NCBI GenBank assembly: GCA_963742735.1
Contig: CAVUMN010000004.1
Span: 640,001-704,000, forward strand
Source: an uncultured Actinomycetes bacterium
Lineage (GTDB): Bacteria; Actinomycetota; UBA4738; JBBDTT01
Direction of reading: 5' to 3'
DNA length: 64,000 nucleotides
Shown: positions 27,901-37,008 of the stretch, one piece after another
Layout: the number at the start of each line of letters is the position of its first letter
Position numbering within the stretch: position 1 is the first letter of the stretch
The notes under the pieces: generated by a model
Seen by the model: only the letters and a program-made list of their open reading frames with translations
What the model was told of the DNA's origin: nothing
The model's database searches: none
Translations under genes and position numbers: made by a program

Positions 27901-28196
27901 CGGCCACCGGCATCGCCTATCGGGTCATCGACACGCGCTCGGCGAAGGTCTCCCTCGGCCTGGTCGCGGCCGCGCGCGGAGACGCGGAGGGCGCGCGGGC
28001 GGCCTTCGAGGAGACCGTCGCCGACGCCGATCGCCGGGGGTTCGTGATCGAGGGAGCCGAGACGCGGCGTCTGTACGCGCTCGCCCTGGCCCGTCTGGGC
28101 ATCGAGCCCGAACGTGCGGCCGCCCTGCGCGCCGAGGCGGCGGTGCGCTACCGCGAGCTCGGCATGGACCGCCACGCGGCCCTGGTCTCTGGCTGA
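24936..28196 (+). CDS. Cyclase-STAND ATPase-helical repeat protein, paralog 4 (1086 aa)
   Basis: FTDVEGST, KQLGDG, DLQG.AVH.AAR, LKG; GEPGVGKT; LDDLHWAD; GNPFF. Confidence 0.9.
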   Translation: MSRPEPANGGETTNTTILFTDVEGSTDLRTRLGDEAANRVLADCERSVRDAVEANGGEVVKQLGDGVMATFQSARAAVLAAVDVQARTARDGPRVRVGVHFGEVAREGGDLQGAAVHAAARIMASAAGGQVLISERARDMAGLLPEGTRLIDRGLFWLKGFPERWRLVEVLGESADEGVVASAGGAPYVGRDDELADLRRALEAADGGHGSLVMIGGEPGVGKTRLAEETAAFARRRGMLVFTGRCSDMEGAPPYLPFVEILEAVARFVPLDALRAALGETAGDVARVVPELRRLLPDLPPAADLPPEQERRYLLNAVRDVLARSARMHALVLILDDLHWADEPSLLLLEHLAELLPELPCLVVGTYRDVELEVARPLARTLESLLRRKLAARVSLHRLSEDAVRELLAAHAGQHPPEGLVKVVFAETEGNPFFVEEVFRHLAEEGRLFDESGRFRTDLEISEVDVPEGVRLVIGRRLDRLSEAAREALTAGAVLGRVFPFALLATVAERENEELLDAIDEAERAKLLAPAGHGRDERYAFSHELVRQTLLAGVTSARRRRLHLRAAEAIEAAHGESPEHAADVAHHLLTAGATADPARTVRWLRMAGERALEAAAFEDAARHLEAALELETGLDDAAEADLRFSLGIAQRGAGRWEDALATWMDTLGRFRALGERERLAEVAWHVGYQLLWAGREEVLAQVLTEALVDLEGSDSAGHARLLLGAAVGFATVAQLAGSELMLGKAEAMAGTLNDDVLNRDLDQARAVVHWTFPGLAECITAARRAEVRMEAAGALWDLANIRSFIVAAQILSGEVEEAIALGGPTLELADRLGHVGAHIYVSRALDPTRAQTSGDAKGLLVSMESEATLAHDAGIVWAESNAVWHCAIAELWLGHWDDALARGRDGMTRKIPAGYEGWGDGVLAVILALAGPREEAVAWIEARLDRVPTPGERGTIGAWMLALFLTEALAVVGNWDRLASLAPVMEGLPATGIAYRVIDTRSAKVSLGLVAAARGDAEGARAAFEETVADADRRGFVIEGAETRRLYALALARLGIEPERAAALRAEAAVRYRELGMDRHAALVSG

Positions 28197-28200
28197 CCCC

Positions 28201-29037
28201 CTAGGCCAGCGCCGGGGCGATCTCCCGGCCGAACGCCGCGACCGCGTCCAGGTCTCGGTGCTCCAGATGCTGGAGGTACGCGCGGGTCGCCCCGGCGTCG
28301 CGATACCGGCCCAGCCGGTCGATCAGCTCCTGCCCCCGCTCGGGGACGCGCCCCATCCAGGTCAGGCGGACCTCCGACGGCCTCCGACGGTGGCGCTCGC
28401 AGGCCTCGGCCAGCATCGGCCCGACCGGCGCGAGCTCCTCGGGTTCCACGCCCAAGACGTTCAGCTCGTCCCCCCACCGCGCCGCGAGGTCGGCGGCGCG
28501 CTTGCCGCCCCGGCTGCCCACGAGCAGGGGCGGGTGCGGCGACTGCGCGGGCTTGTGCAACCCGGGGGAATCCTCGAGCCGGTAGTGCTCGCCCTCGTGG
28601 GTGAAGGTGTCCTGCGTCCAGGTCTCGTGGACGATCCGCAGCTGCTCGGCGAGCATCGCCATGCGGTCCCCGAGCGGGGGGAACGGGAAGCCGTAGGTCC
28701 GGTGCTCCTCCTCGTTCCAGCCGGCGCCCATACCGAGCTCCACCCGCCCGCCGCTGACGTGGTCGGCGGTGACGACGGTCTTCGCCAGGTGCGACGGGTG
28801 GCGAAAGGTCACCGGCGAGACCAGCGTGCCGAGCCGGATCCGCTCGGTCCGCGCCCCGAGCGCGGACACGACCGTCCACGCGTCGAACGATCCCTGCTTC
28901 GGTCCGCGGTGGAACGAGAGGTAGTGGTCGGAGGTGAACAGGCCCGTCAGGCCGTTCTCCTCGCAGGCGCCGGCAAGCGCGAGCCAGTCGTCCCAGGTCA
29001 CGCCCTCCTGGCCCTCGATCATCAGACAGATCTCCAT
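28201..29037 (-). CDS. LLM-class (probably F420-dependent) oxidoreductase
   Basis: MEICLMIEGQEGVTW, LFTSDHY, IRLGTLVSPVTFRHP and GRVELGMGAGW.E.EH. Confidence 0.9.
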   Translation of the reverse strand: MEICLMIEGQEGVTWDDWLALAGACEENGLTGLFTSDHYLSFHRGPKQGSFDAWTVVSALGARTERIRLGTLVSPVTFRHPSHLAKTVVTADHVSGGRVELGMGAGWNEEEHRTYGFPFPPLGDRMAMLAEQLRIVHETWTQDTFTHEGEHYRLEDSPGLHKPAQSPHPPLLVGSRGGKRAADLAARWGDELNVLGVEPEELAPVGPMLAEACERHRRRPSEVRLTWMGRVPERGQELIDRLGRYRDAGATRAYLQHLEHRDLDAVAAFGREIAPALA

Positions 29038-29073
29038 GGGGATAGATTGTCCTCCCCACCTATGGAGGTGCGC

Positions 29074-29553
29074 ATGCCGGTCTGGCCGAGCGAGGAGTGG
29101 AACGCCGAGTACGTCAAGCTCATCAACGCCTCGAAGGAGTACCAGGAGGCCGCCCACGACTGGGAGGGTTCGGTCGTGTACGGGATCGAGGCCGACCCCG
29201 AGAAGGGCCTGGCCGAGAACGTCTACGCCTTCTACGACCTGTGGCACGGCCAGTGCCGCGAGGGCAAGCAGGTCACGGCGGAGGAGGCCGCGCAGGCCGA
29301 CTTCGTGATCACCGCGCCGTACGCGATCTGGAAGCAGATCTCGACGAAGGAGCTCGACCCGGTGAAGGCCCTCATGCAGGGCCGGCTGAAGATGAAGGGC
29401 GACCTGGCGAAGGCCATGAAGTACACCAAGGCCACGATCGTCCTCAACGACCTGGCCACCCAGGTCGCCGACACCGAGTACCTGGACGAGCTCCCGAAGG
29501 AACGCCTCCAGGAGCTCAAGGACCAGGGCCAGCCCGTCGCCGTCCCCGACTAG
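29074..29553 (+). CDS. SCP2 sterol/lipid-binding domain protein
   Basis: PSEEW, DLWHG.CR, ADFVITAPY..W and LDPVKALMQGRLKMKGD; SD GGAGG. Confidence 0.88.
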   Translation: MPVWPSEEWNAEYVKLINASKEYQEAAHDWEGSVVYGIEADPEKGLAENVYAFYDLWHGQCREGKQVTAEEAAQADFVITAPYAIWKQISTKELDPVKALMQGRLKMKGDLAKAMKYTKATIVLNDLATQVADTEYLDELPKERLQELKDQGQPVAVPD

Positions 29554-29556
29554 GCC

Positions 29557-30543
29557 GTGGCGGGAGCGGGGAAGCTGACGGTCGCGGTCACCGGGCCGAC
29601 GGGCGACATCGGCAAGGCCGCGGTCCGCGCGCTGGAACGCTCCCGCGAGGTCGGTGAGATCCGGGGCATGGCCCGCCGGCCGTTCTCGGCCGCCGCCGAG
29701 GGGTGGAAGAAGACCGAGTACGTGCAGGGCGACGTCCTGGACGCGAAGGCCGTGGCCCGTCTGGTGAAGGGGGCGGACGTCGTGGTCCACCTCGCTTTCA
29801 TCATCATGGGCTCGGACGAGGAGAGCCGCCGGATCAACCTCCGCGGCACCCGCAACGTCTTCAAGGCCGCGGTCGCCGCCGGGGCCAAGCGGATCGTGTA
29901 CACCTCCTCGGTCGCGGCGTACGGCTTCCGCGACGACCACCCCCCCTCGCTCACCGAGGACCAGCCGGCCCGGGGGAGCGACCACCCGTACTCCGCGCAG
30001 AAGCACGAGCTGGAGGCCGTGGTCGAGAAGCTGACGGCCGGCACCAAGACCAAGGCCTACGTGTTCCGACCGTGCGTCGTCGCCGGGCCGACCGCGCTGG
30101 CGATGGTCGAGGAGGTCCCGGCCGCGATCCGCAAGCTCTCCAGGATCCGCGGGATCCAGCCGGTGGTCCCGGACCCGGGAGTCCCGCTGCAGATCGTGCA
30201 CGAGGACGACGTCGCCACCGCGATCCGGGCGGCCGTTCTCGGACGCGGCGAGCCCGGCGTCTACAACCTGGCCGGCGAGGGAACCGTCTCGCTCTCGGAG
30301 GTGGCCCGGGCCTACGGGTGGCGCTCGGTCGGCGTGCCGAGGGCAACCCTCAAGGTCGCCGCCGACGTGGTGGCCGCCCTCCCGTTCCTGCCCTCCAAGA
30401 CGCGATGGGTCGAGGCGCTTCGCTCACCGATGCTGATGGACACATCGAAGGCGAAGCGGGAGCTGCGGTGGCGGCCGAAGCACGACGCCCGCTCCACGCT
30501 GCACCAGACGGTGGCCGCGGCGCGGGAGCGGGGCCTGCTCTAG
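29557..30543 (+). CDS. NAD-dependent epimerase/dehydratase (extended SDR)
   Basis: VAVTGPTGDIG, VVHLAF, IN..GT.NV, YTSS.AAYG and YSAQK. Confidence 0.9.
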   Translation: MAGAGKLTVAVTGPTGDIGKAAVRALERSREVGEIRGMARRPFSAAAEGWKKTEYVQGDVLDAKAVARLVKGADVVVHLAFIIMGSDEESRRINLRGTRNVFKAAVAAGAKRIVYTSSVAAYGFRDDHPPSLTEDQPARGSDHPYSAQKHELEAVVEKLTAGTKTKAYVFRPCVVAGPTALAMVEEVPAAIRKLSRIRGIQPVVPDPGVPLQIVHEDDVATAIRAAVLGRGEPGVYNLAGEGTVSLSEVARAYGWRSVGVPRATLKVAADVVAALPFLPSKTRWVEALRSPMLMDTSKAKRELRWRPKHDARSTLHQTVAAARERGLL

Positions 30544-32180
30544 CTCGTCTCGGGCGCCGGGTAGGCGCGGACGCCGGCGAGCCAGGTCTCTCGTACGACC
30601 GTGCCGTCGGCGAACGGGTCCCCGGAGAGCACGGCCAGGTCGGCCCGGTAGCCGGGAAGGATCGCTCCCGCCTGTTCGATCCCCAGCACCCGCGCGCCGG
30701 CGAGGGTCTGCGCGCCGAGAGCCTCGGAGGGGCTGAGCGCCTGATCCGCCGCCAAGAGGTTGCCGCCTTCGGTCATGCGGGTGACGGCGACGGGCATCGT
30801 TCGCAGGGGCGGCGCGGACGCCGTGGGCGCGTCGCTCGACAGGGCGAACGCGACCCCCGCGTCGGTGAAGCGGCGAAGCGGGACCGGCGGAAGGGCGTCC
30901 GCGACGCCCATCGAGTGGATCACCTCGCCGTACTCCGAGAGGTGAGCGGGCTGGACGACGGCGGTGATCCCCAGCCCGGCCATCCGGTCCGCCTCGCGCG
31001 GATCGGTGAACATGGCGTGCTCGATCCGAGCTCCCTCCGCGCCGGCCGCCTCGATCGCGTCGACCGCGTAGCGGACGCCCTCGTTGCCGATGGCATGGAT
31101 CGCCACGCCGAATCCTCGACGGACGGCCTCGCGAGCCATCGCATCCAGGCGGTCGGGCTCGTAGTGTGCCAGCCCGATGCGGATCGCTCCGGGGGCCGGC
31201 CGCGGCCGCAGGAGCCGAAGCTCGTCGAGCGGGCTGCTTCCCCCGCCGGCCCCGGCGCGGCTGCGGACCATCCGCCCGGCCACGGGGTAGGGGATCCGCA
31301 TACAGCCCCGCTCCGCGCCGTCGGCGAAAAGCTTGACGGGACCCACCGTGACCCGGCCCATGACCTCTCCGGTGACGGGGCCGGCGAGGGCGTCCCGGGG
31401 GGTGGCGAACAGACCGCCCCGGCCGACGGGGAGCGCGACGATGTCGATCGGCAGGTCCGCCTTCACCAGCAGCGTGAGCTCCTGGGGGGTCGCGCCGGTC
31501 TCTCCGATGGCGACGACCCCTTCCGAGAGCAGGAGCCGGGTGTAGTCGCGGGCCCGCTCCGCCCATCCCACGCCGAGCGCCTCGAGCTCGACGCGCTTCG
31601 CCGCGATCTCCAGCACGCCGAACGCCCGCTCCCAGGCCCGGCCGTTCGGCTCGCCGCGAAGGTCGCGCTCGAGCTCGCCGCCGGGCCATCGGGGGGTGCC
31701 TCGTCCGAAGCCCACCGCGGCCAGGGCGGCCGAGTTGGCGGCCCCGGAATGCATCGAGCGGTGACACATCAGGACCGGACGGTCGATGCTCACCCGGTCG
31801 AGGTCGGCGCGGCCGATCCGAGTCCCCCGCCCCATGAACGCCTCCCGGTAGCCGAACCCCACGATCCACCGGCCCGGAGGGGTCGCGCTCGCCCCTCGCC
31901 GGAGCCGGGTGATGACCTCGGCCGTGGACCGCGCATGGGTCAGGTCGACCCAACCCGGATGCATGAGCGCGTGCGAGAAGTGGTGGTGCGGGTCGACGAA
32001 CCCCGGGACCACGACGGCGCCACCGAGGTCCACCGCGTTCTTCGGCGCGCGGCCGGGAAGCTCGTCCCGCCGGCCGGCCCACTCGATGCGGTCCCCGTCC
32101 AGGACCAGCGCGTCGGCGTCGGGGAGCGGCGGGTCGCCCGCCCACACCGCGGCGGCGGTGAGGAGCGTCCGGTCGGCCAT
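30540..32180 (-). CDS. Amidohydrolase (YtcJ-like)
   Basis: DLGG..VVPGFVD.H.H, VKLFADG, AIHAIGN, RIEHA, SSDAP and G.I.PG.RADL.VL. Confidence 0.88.
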   Translation of the reverse strand: MADRTLLTAAAVWAGDPPLPDADALVLDGDRIEWAGRRDELPGRAPKNAVDLGGAVVVPGFVDPHHHFSHALMHPGWVDLTHARSTAEVITRLRRGASATPPGRWIVGFGYREAFMGRGTRIGRADLDRVSIDRPVLMCHRSMHSGAANSAALAAVGFGRGTPRWPGGELERDLRGEPNGRAWERAFGVLEIAAKRVELEALGVGWAERARDYTRLLLSEGVVAIGETGATPQELTLLVKADLPIDIVALPVGRGGLFATPRDALAGPVTGEVMGRVTVGPVKLFADGAERGCMRIPYPVAGRMVRSRAGAGGGSSPLDELRLLRPRPAPGAIRIGLAHYEPDRLDAMAREAVRRGFGVAIHAIGNEGVRYAVDAIEAAGAEGARIEHAMFTDPREADRMAGLGITAVVQPAHLSEYGEVIHSMGVADALPPVPLRRFTDAGVAFALSSDAPTASAPPLRTMPVAVTRMTEGGNLLAADQALSPSEALGAQTLAGARVLGIEQAGAILPGYRADLAVLSGDPFADGTVVRETWLAGVRAYPAPETS

Positions 32181-32186
32181 GCTCGC

Positions 32187-33125
32187 TTAGGCCACCGCCG
32201 GCCCGACCTCGTTACCGAGCCACTCTACGGTCGGGAGCAGCTCGTCCATCGTCAGGGCGAGGTCGATGGACAGGAAGTCGGCTTCGGCCTTCGCGTAGGC
32301 GGCGATCTGCTCGAGCATCTCCGGCCGCGACCCGCGGATCGCCGGGCGATCGGGGGTGAAGTCGGCGGCGCCCTCCGGCGCCAGACCGACGCGGACGGCG
32401 ATCATGATCGCCGCCGGGTCGCGTCCGGCCACGCTCGCCTGGGAGCGGATCCGGTCGGCGCCCTCCCGGACCTCCTCGGGCGTCAGGTCGAACGCCAGCC
32501 AGCCGTCGGCGATCGTCGCCGTCCGCCGCAGGGCGGCCGGGGAGTTCCCGCCGATCAGGATGGGCGGCCCGCCGGGCGTGAACGGCCGCGTCGCGAGCTG
32601 GACGTCGGTGAAGTTGACGAACTCGCCCTCGAACGAGGTCGGCTCGACGTTCGTCCACAGATGACGCATCGCGGCGAGGTACTCGTCGGTCATCCGCCCG
32701 CGCGTCTTCGGGTTCACGCCGAGGGCCTCGAACTCCTCGACCAACCACCCCGACCCGATCCCGAGGAGCACCCGGCCCTCGGAGAGGCGGTCGATCGTGG
32801 CGATCTCGTTCGCCAGGACCAGCGGGTTCCGGTACGGAAGGACCAGGATGCTCGAGCCGACCCTGATCCGCTCGGTGGCGCCGGAGACGAAGGACATGAC
32901 CGCCACCGGGTCGAGCCAGTCGATGCCCGGCTCGTAGGCCCACCACAGGCCCTTGTCCGACTGGGGGAACGGGTAGGTGCTCCCGGTGCGTTCCTTGGGG
33001 AGCACGACGTGGTCGGCCGTCCACACGCTGTGCAATCCGGCCTCCTCGGCCGCGCGAGCGACCTGGATGACGAACTCGCGGAACGCGACCGGCCCGATCG
33101 TGGGCAAGGAGATGCCGATCTCCAT
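32187..33125 (-). CDS. LLM-class (probably F420-dependent) oxidoreductase
   Basis: AEEAG.HSVWTADHVVLP, LVLPYRNP, GIGSGWL.EEF.ALG and PPILIGG.S.AA.RR. Confidence 0.9.
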   Translation of the reverse strand: MEIGISLPTIGPVAFREFVIQVARAAEEAGLHSVWTADHVVLPKERTGSTYPFPQSDKGLWWAYEPGIDWLDPVAVMSFVSGATERIRVGSSILVLPYRNPLVLANEIATIDRLSEGRVLLGIGSGWLVEEFEALGVNPKTRGRMTDEYLAAMRHLWTNVEPTSFEGEFVNFTDVQLATRPFTPGGPPILIGGNSPAALRRTATIADGWLAFDLTPEEVREGADRIRSQASVAGRDPAAIMIAVRVGLAPEGAADFTPDRPAIRGSRPEMLEQIAAYAKAEADFLSIDLALTMDELLPTVEWLGNEVGPAVA

Positions 33126-33154
33126 CGCGGCAGCCTAACGGTAGGGTCCGCGGG

Positions 33155-34492
33155 GTGCGCACCCTGATCCAGACGGTGGAGGCGATCGCGTCGGGGTCGA
33201 TCGGGCCGGCCGAGGCCGTCGGCGACGCCCTCGACGCGATCGAGGCCTGGCATTCGGTCACCAACCTGGCCAGCCAGGTGTGGGCGGACGAGGCCCGCGA
33301 GCTCGCCGCGACGCTGGGCGACCGCGCGGTGGGGCCGCTCCACGGCGTGCCGGTGATGGTGAAGGACCTCTACGACGTGCAGGGCCACGAGACCACCGGG
33401 TGCTGCGACGCGTTCGCGGGCGTCGTCGCCCAGGGGACCTCTCCGCTCGTGTACCGGCTGCGCCGCGCCGGGGCGATCGTAATCGGCAAGACGAACCAGC
33501 ACGAGCTCGCCGCGGGTTCCTCGAACCTGGTCTCGGCGTGCGGCGCCACGCGGAACCCCTGGGACCTCGAGCGGCTCACCGGCGGCTCGAGCGGCGGTTC
33601 CGGCGTTGCCGCCGCGGCGGGCTGCGTGCCGCTGACGCTGGGCTCGGACACGGGTGGGTCGATCCGGATGCCGGCCGCGCTGTGCGGCGTCACGGGGCTG
33701 AAGCCGACCCACGGGCGGCTCCCGCTGCACGGCATGATGCCGCTCAGCCCCTCGATGGACTGCCCGGGGCCGATGGCGCGGACCGCCCTGGACGCCGCGT
33801 TCGCGTTCTCGCTGCTCGACGGCGAGCGACCCGACCGGGTGCCGGGCCCCGTGAACGGCCTGCGCGTGGGCGTGCCGCGGGAGGGTCTGTTCGCGGGCCC
33901 GATGGAACCGGACCTGCGGGCGGGGCTGGCCCACGTCGAGGAGGTCCTGACCTCGGCCGGGGCGACGATCGTGGACGCGCCGCTCGGCGGGCTCGAGGAC
34001 GCCCCCGACGTGTGGACCGACGTCGCGTGGCCGGAGTTCGCCGAGGCTTACCCCGACCTGGACCTCGACCGGGTCTTCCCGCAGACCCGCCGGTCCTACG
34101 AGTTCGGCCGCGACCTGCCGGAGGAGCGCCGCCGGTCCGCCCGGTTCCGCCGGGCGGAGATCCGGACGACGTTCGCCCGCGCCCTGGAGGCCTGCGACGT
34201 GCTCCTGCTTCCCGCCACACCGGTGACCGTTCCGCGCGCGGACCGGGACGAGGTCGAGGTCGAGGGCACCACGATGCACGTCTCGAAGGGGGCGCTGGCC
34301 TGGTTCACGCGCCCGGTCAGCCTGGCCGGCCTGCCCGCGCTCTCGCTGCCCGCGGGGTTCGACGCCGGGGGGCTGCCGCTCGGCGTGCAGCTGGTCGGCC
34401 GCGACCGCGACGAGTGGACGCTGCTGCGCGCGGGGGCCGCGTTCCAGGAGCGCACCGACCACCACCTGCGGGAGCCCGTCCTCCCTAGGTGA
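33155..34492 (+). CDS. Amidase-signature family protein
   Basis: GPLHGVP..VKD, GKTN.HE, GGSSGGS, GSDTGGSIR.PAALCG..GLKPT and GLP.GVQL.G. Confidence 0.92.
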   Translation: MRTLIQTVEAIASGSIGPAEAVGDALDAIEAWHSVTNLASQVWADEARELAATLGDRAVGPLHGVPVMVKDLYDVQGHETTGCCDAFAGVVAQGTSPLVYRLRRAGAIVIGKTNQHELAAGSSNLVSACGATRNPWDLERLTGGSSGGSGVAAAAGCVPLTLGSDTGGSIRMPAALCGVTGLKPTHGRLPLHGMMPLSPSMDCPGPMARTALDAAFAFSLLDGERPDRVPGPVNGLRVGVPREGLFAGPMEPDLRAGLAHVEEVLTSAGATIVDAPLGGLEDAPDVWTDVAWPEFAEAYPDLDLDRVFPQTRRSYEFGRDLPEERRRSARFRRAEIRTTFARALEACDVLLLPATPVTVPRADRDEVEVEGTTMHVSKGALAWFTRPVSLAGLPALSLPAGFDAGGLPLGVQLVGRDRDEWTLLRAGAAFQERTDHHLREPVLPR

Positions 34493-35162
34493 GGCGCGCC
34501 CGCACCGCCTCGCTCTCCAGCTCGCGCAGCGCGTCGCGGGCGATCCACCGGGCGGCGTGCGTCCCCCGGCTCTCGATCCGACGGGCCACCCGGATCGCGC
34601 GGACGTTCAGGGCCGGGTTGCGCTTGCCGATCTGTCGCAGGGACCAGTTGACGGCCTTGCGGACGAAGTTCCGGTCGTCGTCGGACTCGCGCTCGATCGC
34701 CCGCAGGAACGGGGTGAACGCCGGATCCTTCGCCCGCTTGTCGTGGACCGCGAGGGAGGCCATCAGGGCGAACCCGGCCCGCTTCTCGAACTCCGGCTCG
34801 CGGCCGCCCCATTCGAGGGCCTTGGCCCACGCCCACGGCGTTCGGTCGAACAGGTTGCCGCACGCCACGTCGCACACGTCCCACGCGTCGAACGAGGCGG
34901 CCCAGCGATCCGCGAGGGCCTCGTCGGTCAGGGCCGGGTCGGCCACGAGGACCGCGAGCAGCCGCCCCTCGTGCACGCCGGCGTCCCAGAGGTTGAGGGC
35001 GAGCGCGTGGTCGCGCTTGATCCGGCGCGCGAGCACTCGCAGCTCGGTGAGGGTCGTGCCCACGATCTCGGTCTCCGGTCGGATGCCGAACCGCCTGAGG
35101 CCATCGATCCCGCCAGGCCTCGCCAGCGAACGGATCTCCTCGAGGGCCTGCGCGACGTCCAT
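34485..35162 (-). CDS. DNA alkylation repair protein (AlkD-like)
   Basis: DHALA..LW...HE.R, FD.WDVCD, EFEKRAGF and DDRNFVRKAVNWSLRQIGKRN. Confidence 0.9.
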   Translation of the reverse strand: MDVAQALEEIRSLARPGGIDGLRRFGIRPETEIVGTTLTELRVLARRIKRDHALALNLWDAGVHEGRLLAVLVADPALTDEALADRWAASFDAWDVCDVACGNLFDRTPWAWAKALEWGGREPEFEKRAGFALMASLAVHDKRAKDPAFTPFLRAIERESDDDRNFVRKAVNWSLRQIGKRNPALNVRAIRVARRIESRGTHAARWIARDALRELESEAVRARLT

Positions 35163-35183
35163 GGCCCGATAGCATCGCCCGCC

Positions 35184-36089
35184 GTGGACCGGCGTGACGA
35201 CCTGATCGGCGGCGGGTACGCCGTCGTGGCCAGCGTGGCGTTCAGTGGCGTGACCGTGATGGGCCGCAGCCTGGCGGTCGCGGGCGTCGACGTGACGAGC
35301 ATCCTGGCCGTTCGGTTCGGCGTCGCCTCGCTCGTGCTGTTCCTGGTCCTGCCCGTGGCGCGCCAGCCGGTCCGTCCCCCCGGCTCGGAGTGGCCGAAGC
35401 TCATCGCCCTGGGCGTGTTCGGCTACGCCGTGGAGGCCGGGTTCTTCTTCGCCGCCCTCCGGGAGGGGACGGCGACGGCCGTCACGCTGTTGTTCTTCAC
35501 GTACCCGGTCGTGGTCACCATCGGGTCGATGCTGCTCGGGCGGGGGATGCCCGGATGGCTGGTCGCCGGCTCGCTGGTGGCGGCCCTGGCGGGGACGGCG
35601 ATCGTGGTCGGCTCCGGCGGGGGGATCGACATCTCCACCGTCGGGATCGTCCTGGCGCTGGCCTCCTCGGTGATGTTCAGCGCGTACTTCCTGGGCGCCG
35701 AGGCCACCCTGCGCGAGACGCCCTCGCTGACCGGGGCGGCGTGGGTGGCCGGGTCGGCGTCGGCGGCGCTGGCGGCCACCGCCCTCGTCACGGGGAACGC
35801 CGAACTCCCGGAGTCCTCCGCCCAGACCCTCACCCTGCTGGCGATGGGCGGGCTGACGGCCGTGGCGTTCGTCACGCTCTTCGGTGCGCTTCGACGGCTG
35901 GGGGCGGTGCGCACCTCCGTCGTGATGGCCACGGAGCCCGTCGCGGCGGCCGCCTTCGCCATCGCGTTCCTGGAGGAGCCCCTGCGCGCGCTGATGGTGC
36001 TGGGGGGCGTGCTGATCGTCATGGGCGCCGTCGGGGCGAGCGTCGCCCGCGGCGCGCCCGAGGGAGAGATCCCGGTGGGGGAGCACTAG
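35184..36089 (+). CDS. DMT/EamA family transporter
   Basis: About 10 TM helices; RF, LLFFTYP and ATEPV...A..FL.E motifs. Confidence 0.9.
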   Translation: MDRRDDLIGGGYAVVASVAFSGVTVMGRSLAVAGVDVTSILAVRFGVASLVLFLVLPVARQPVRPPGSEWPKLIALGVFGYAVEAGFFFAALREGTATAVTLLFFTYPVVVTIGSMLLGRGMPGWLVAGSLVAALAGTAIVVGSGGGIDISTVGIVLALASSVMFSAYFLGAEATLRETPSLTGAAWVAGSASAALAATALVTGNAELPESSAQTLTLLAMGGLTAVAFVTLFGALRRLGAVRTSVVMATEPVAAAAFAIAFLEEPLRALMVLGGVLIVMGAVGASVARGAPEGEIPVGEH

Positions 36090-36099
36090 GCTGGAGCCC

Positions 36100-36996
36100 A
36101 TGGGCGAGGTTCGCGTCGGGATCACCGCGTGGACGGAGAAGACCCTCATCGAGGGCTCGGACTTCTACCCGCCGGACGCGAAGTCGGCGGAGGCGCGGCT
36201 GCGGCACTACGCATCCCAGTTCCCCGTCGTCGAGGTGGACTCGACGTTCTATGGGATGCCCTCGGAGCGCAACGCCGTCCTCTGGCACGAGCGCACCCCC
36301 GCCGAGTTCGACTTCCACGTCAAGGCGTTCGCGCTGCTCACCGGGCACCCGACCCGGCCCGAGGCGCTGGTGAAGGACGTCCGCGACGCCCTCCCCGAGG
36401 CCGTACGCCAGAAGCGAACGGTCTACCCGAAGGACCTTCCCGAGGAGCTGCTGACCGAGGTGTGGGAGCGGTTCCGGCAGGCCCTGATGCCGCTGCACTC
36501 CGCCGGCAAGCTGGTGGCGATCCTGTTCCAGTTCCCGCCGTGGTTCGTCATCTCGCGCCGCGCGAAGGAGGACATCATCCGGGCGACGGAGCGCCTGCCC
36601 GACTACCGGATCGTGGTCGAGCTTCGGCACAAGACCTGGATGGAGGAGCGCAACCGGGAGGAGACCCTCGAGTTCCTGGCCCAGAACGACATCCCGTACG
36701 TGGCCGTGGACATGCCCCAGGGGTTCGACAACTCGCTGCCTCCCGTCGCGGAGGCGACGTCGAAGGAGCTCGCGGTCGTCCGGTTCCACGGCCGCAACGA
36801 GGAGACGTGGACCAAGCGCGTCGAGACCGCGGCCGAGCGGTTCAACTACCTCTACGAGGAGAAGGAGCTTCGGGAGTGGGTTCCCAGGGTGAAGGCCCTG
36901 AAGGAACAGGCGATGGAGACCCACGTCCTGTTCAACAACTGCTACCGGGACTACGCCGTGCAGAACGCCCGCCAGCTCGCCGCGCTCCTCGAATAG
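36100..36996 (+). CDS. DUF72 family protein
   Basis: L.HYA.QF.VVEVDSTFY, F.F.VKA, LFQFPPWF, VELRH..W, VRFHGRN and HVLFNN. Confidence 0.92.
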   Translation: MGEVRVGITAWTEKTLIEGSDFYPPDAKSAEARLRHYASQFPVVEVDSTFYGMPSERNAVLWHERTPAEFDFHVKAFALLTGHPTRPEALVKDVRDALPEAVRQKRTVYPKDLPEELLTEVWERFRQALMPLHSAGKLVAILFQFPPWFVISRRAKEDIIRATERLPDYRIVVELRHKTWMEERNREETLEFLAQNDIPYVAVDMPQGFDNSLPPVAEATSKELAVVRFHGRNEETWTKRVETAAERFNYLYEEKELREWVPRVKALKEQAMETHVLFNNCYRDYAVQNARQLAALLE

Positions 36997-37008
36997 GCTA
37001 CGCGGGCC

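Noticed and set aside
17235-28196. Assignment of the array to Pycsar, CBASS or Avs defence systems
   Set aside because: No cNMP-binding effector, CD-NTase, nuclease, TIR or SIR2 domain, and no defence-island context; cyclase residues look adenine-specific.
29703-33167. 1154-aa plus-strand ORF
   Set aside because: Overlaps three recognisable genes and has no family motifs.
34485-36996. AlkD-like and DUF72 genes as a DNA repair module
   Set aside because: Opposite strands, separated by a transporter, and DUF72 function cannot be inferred here.
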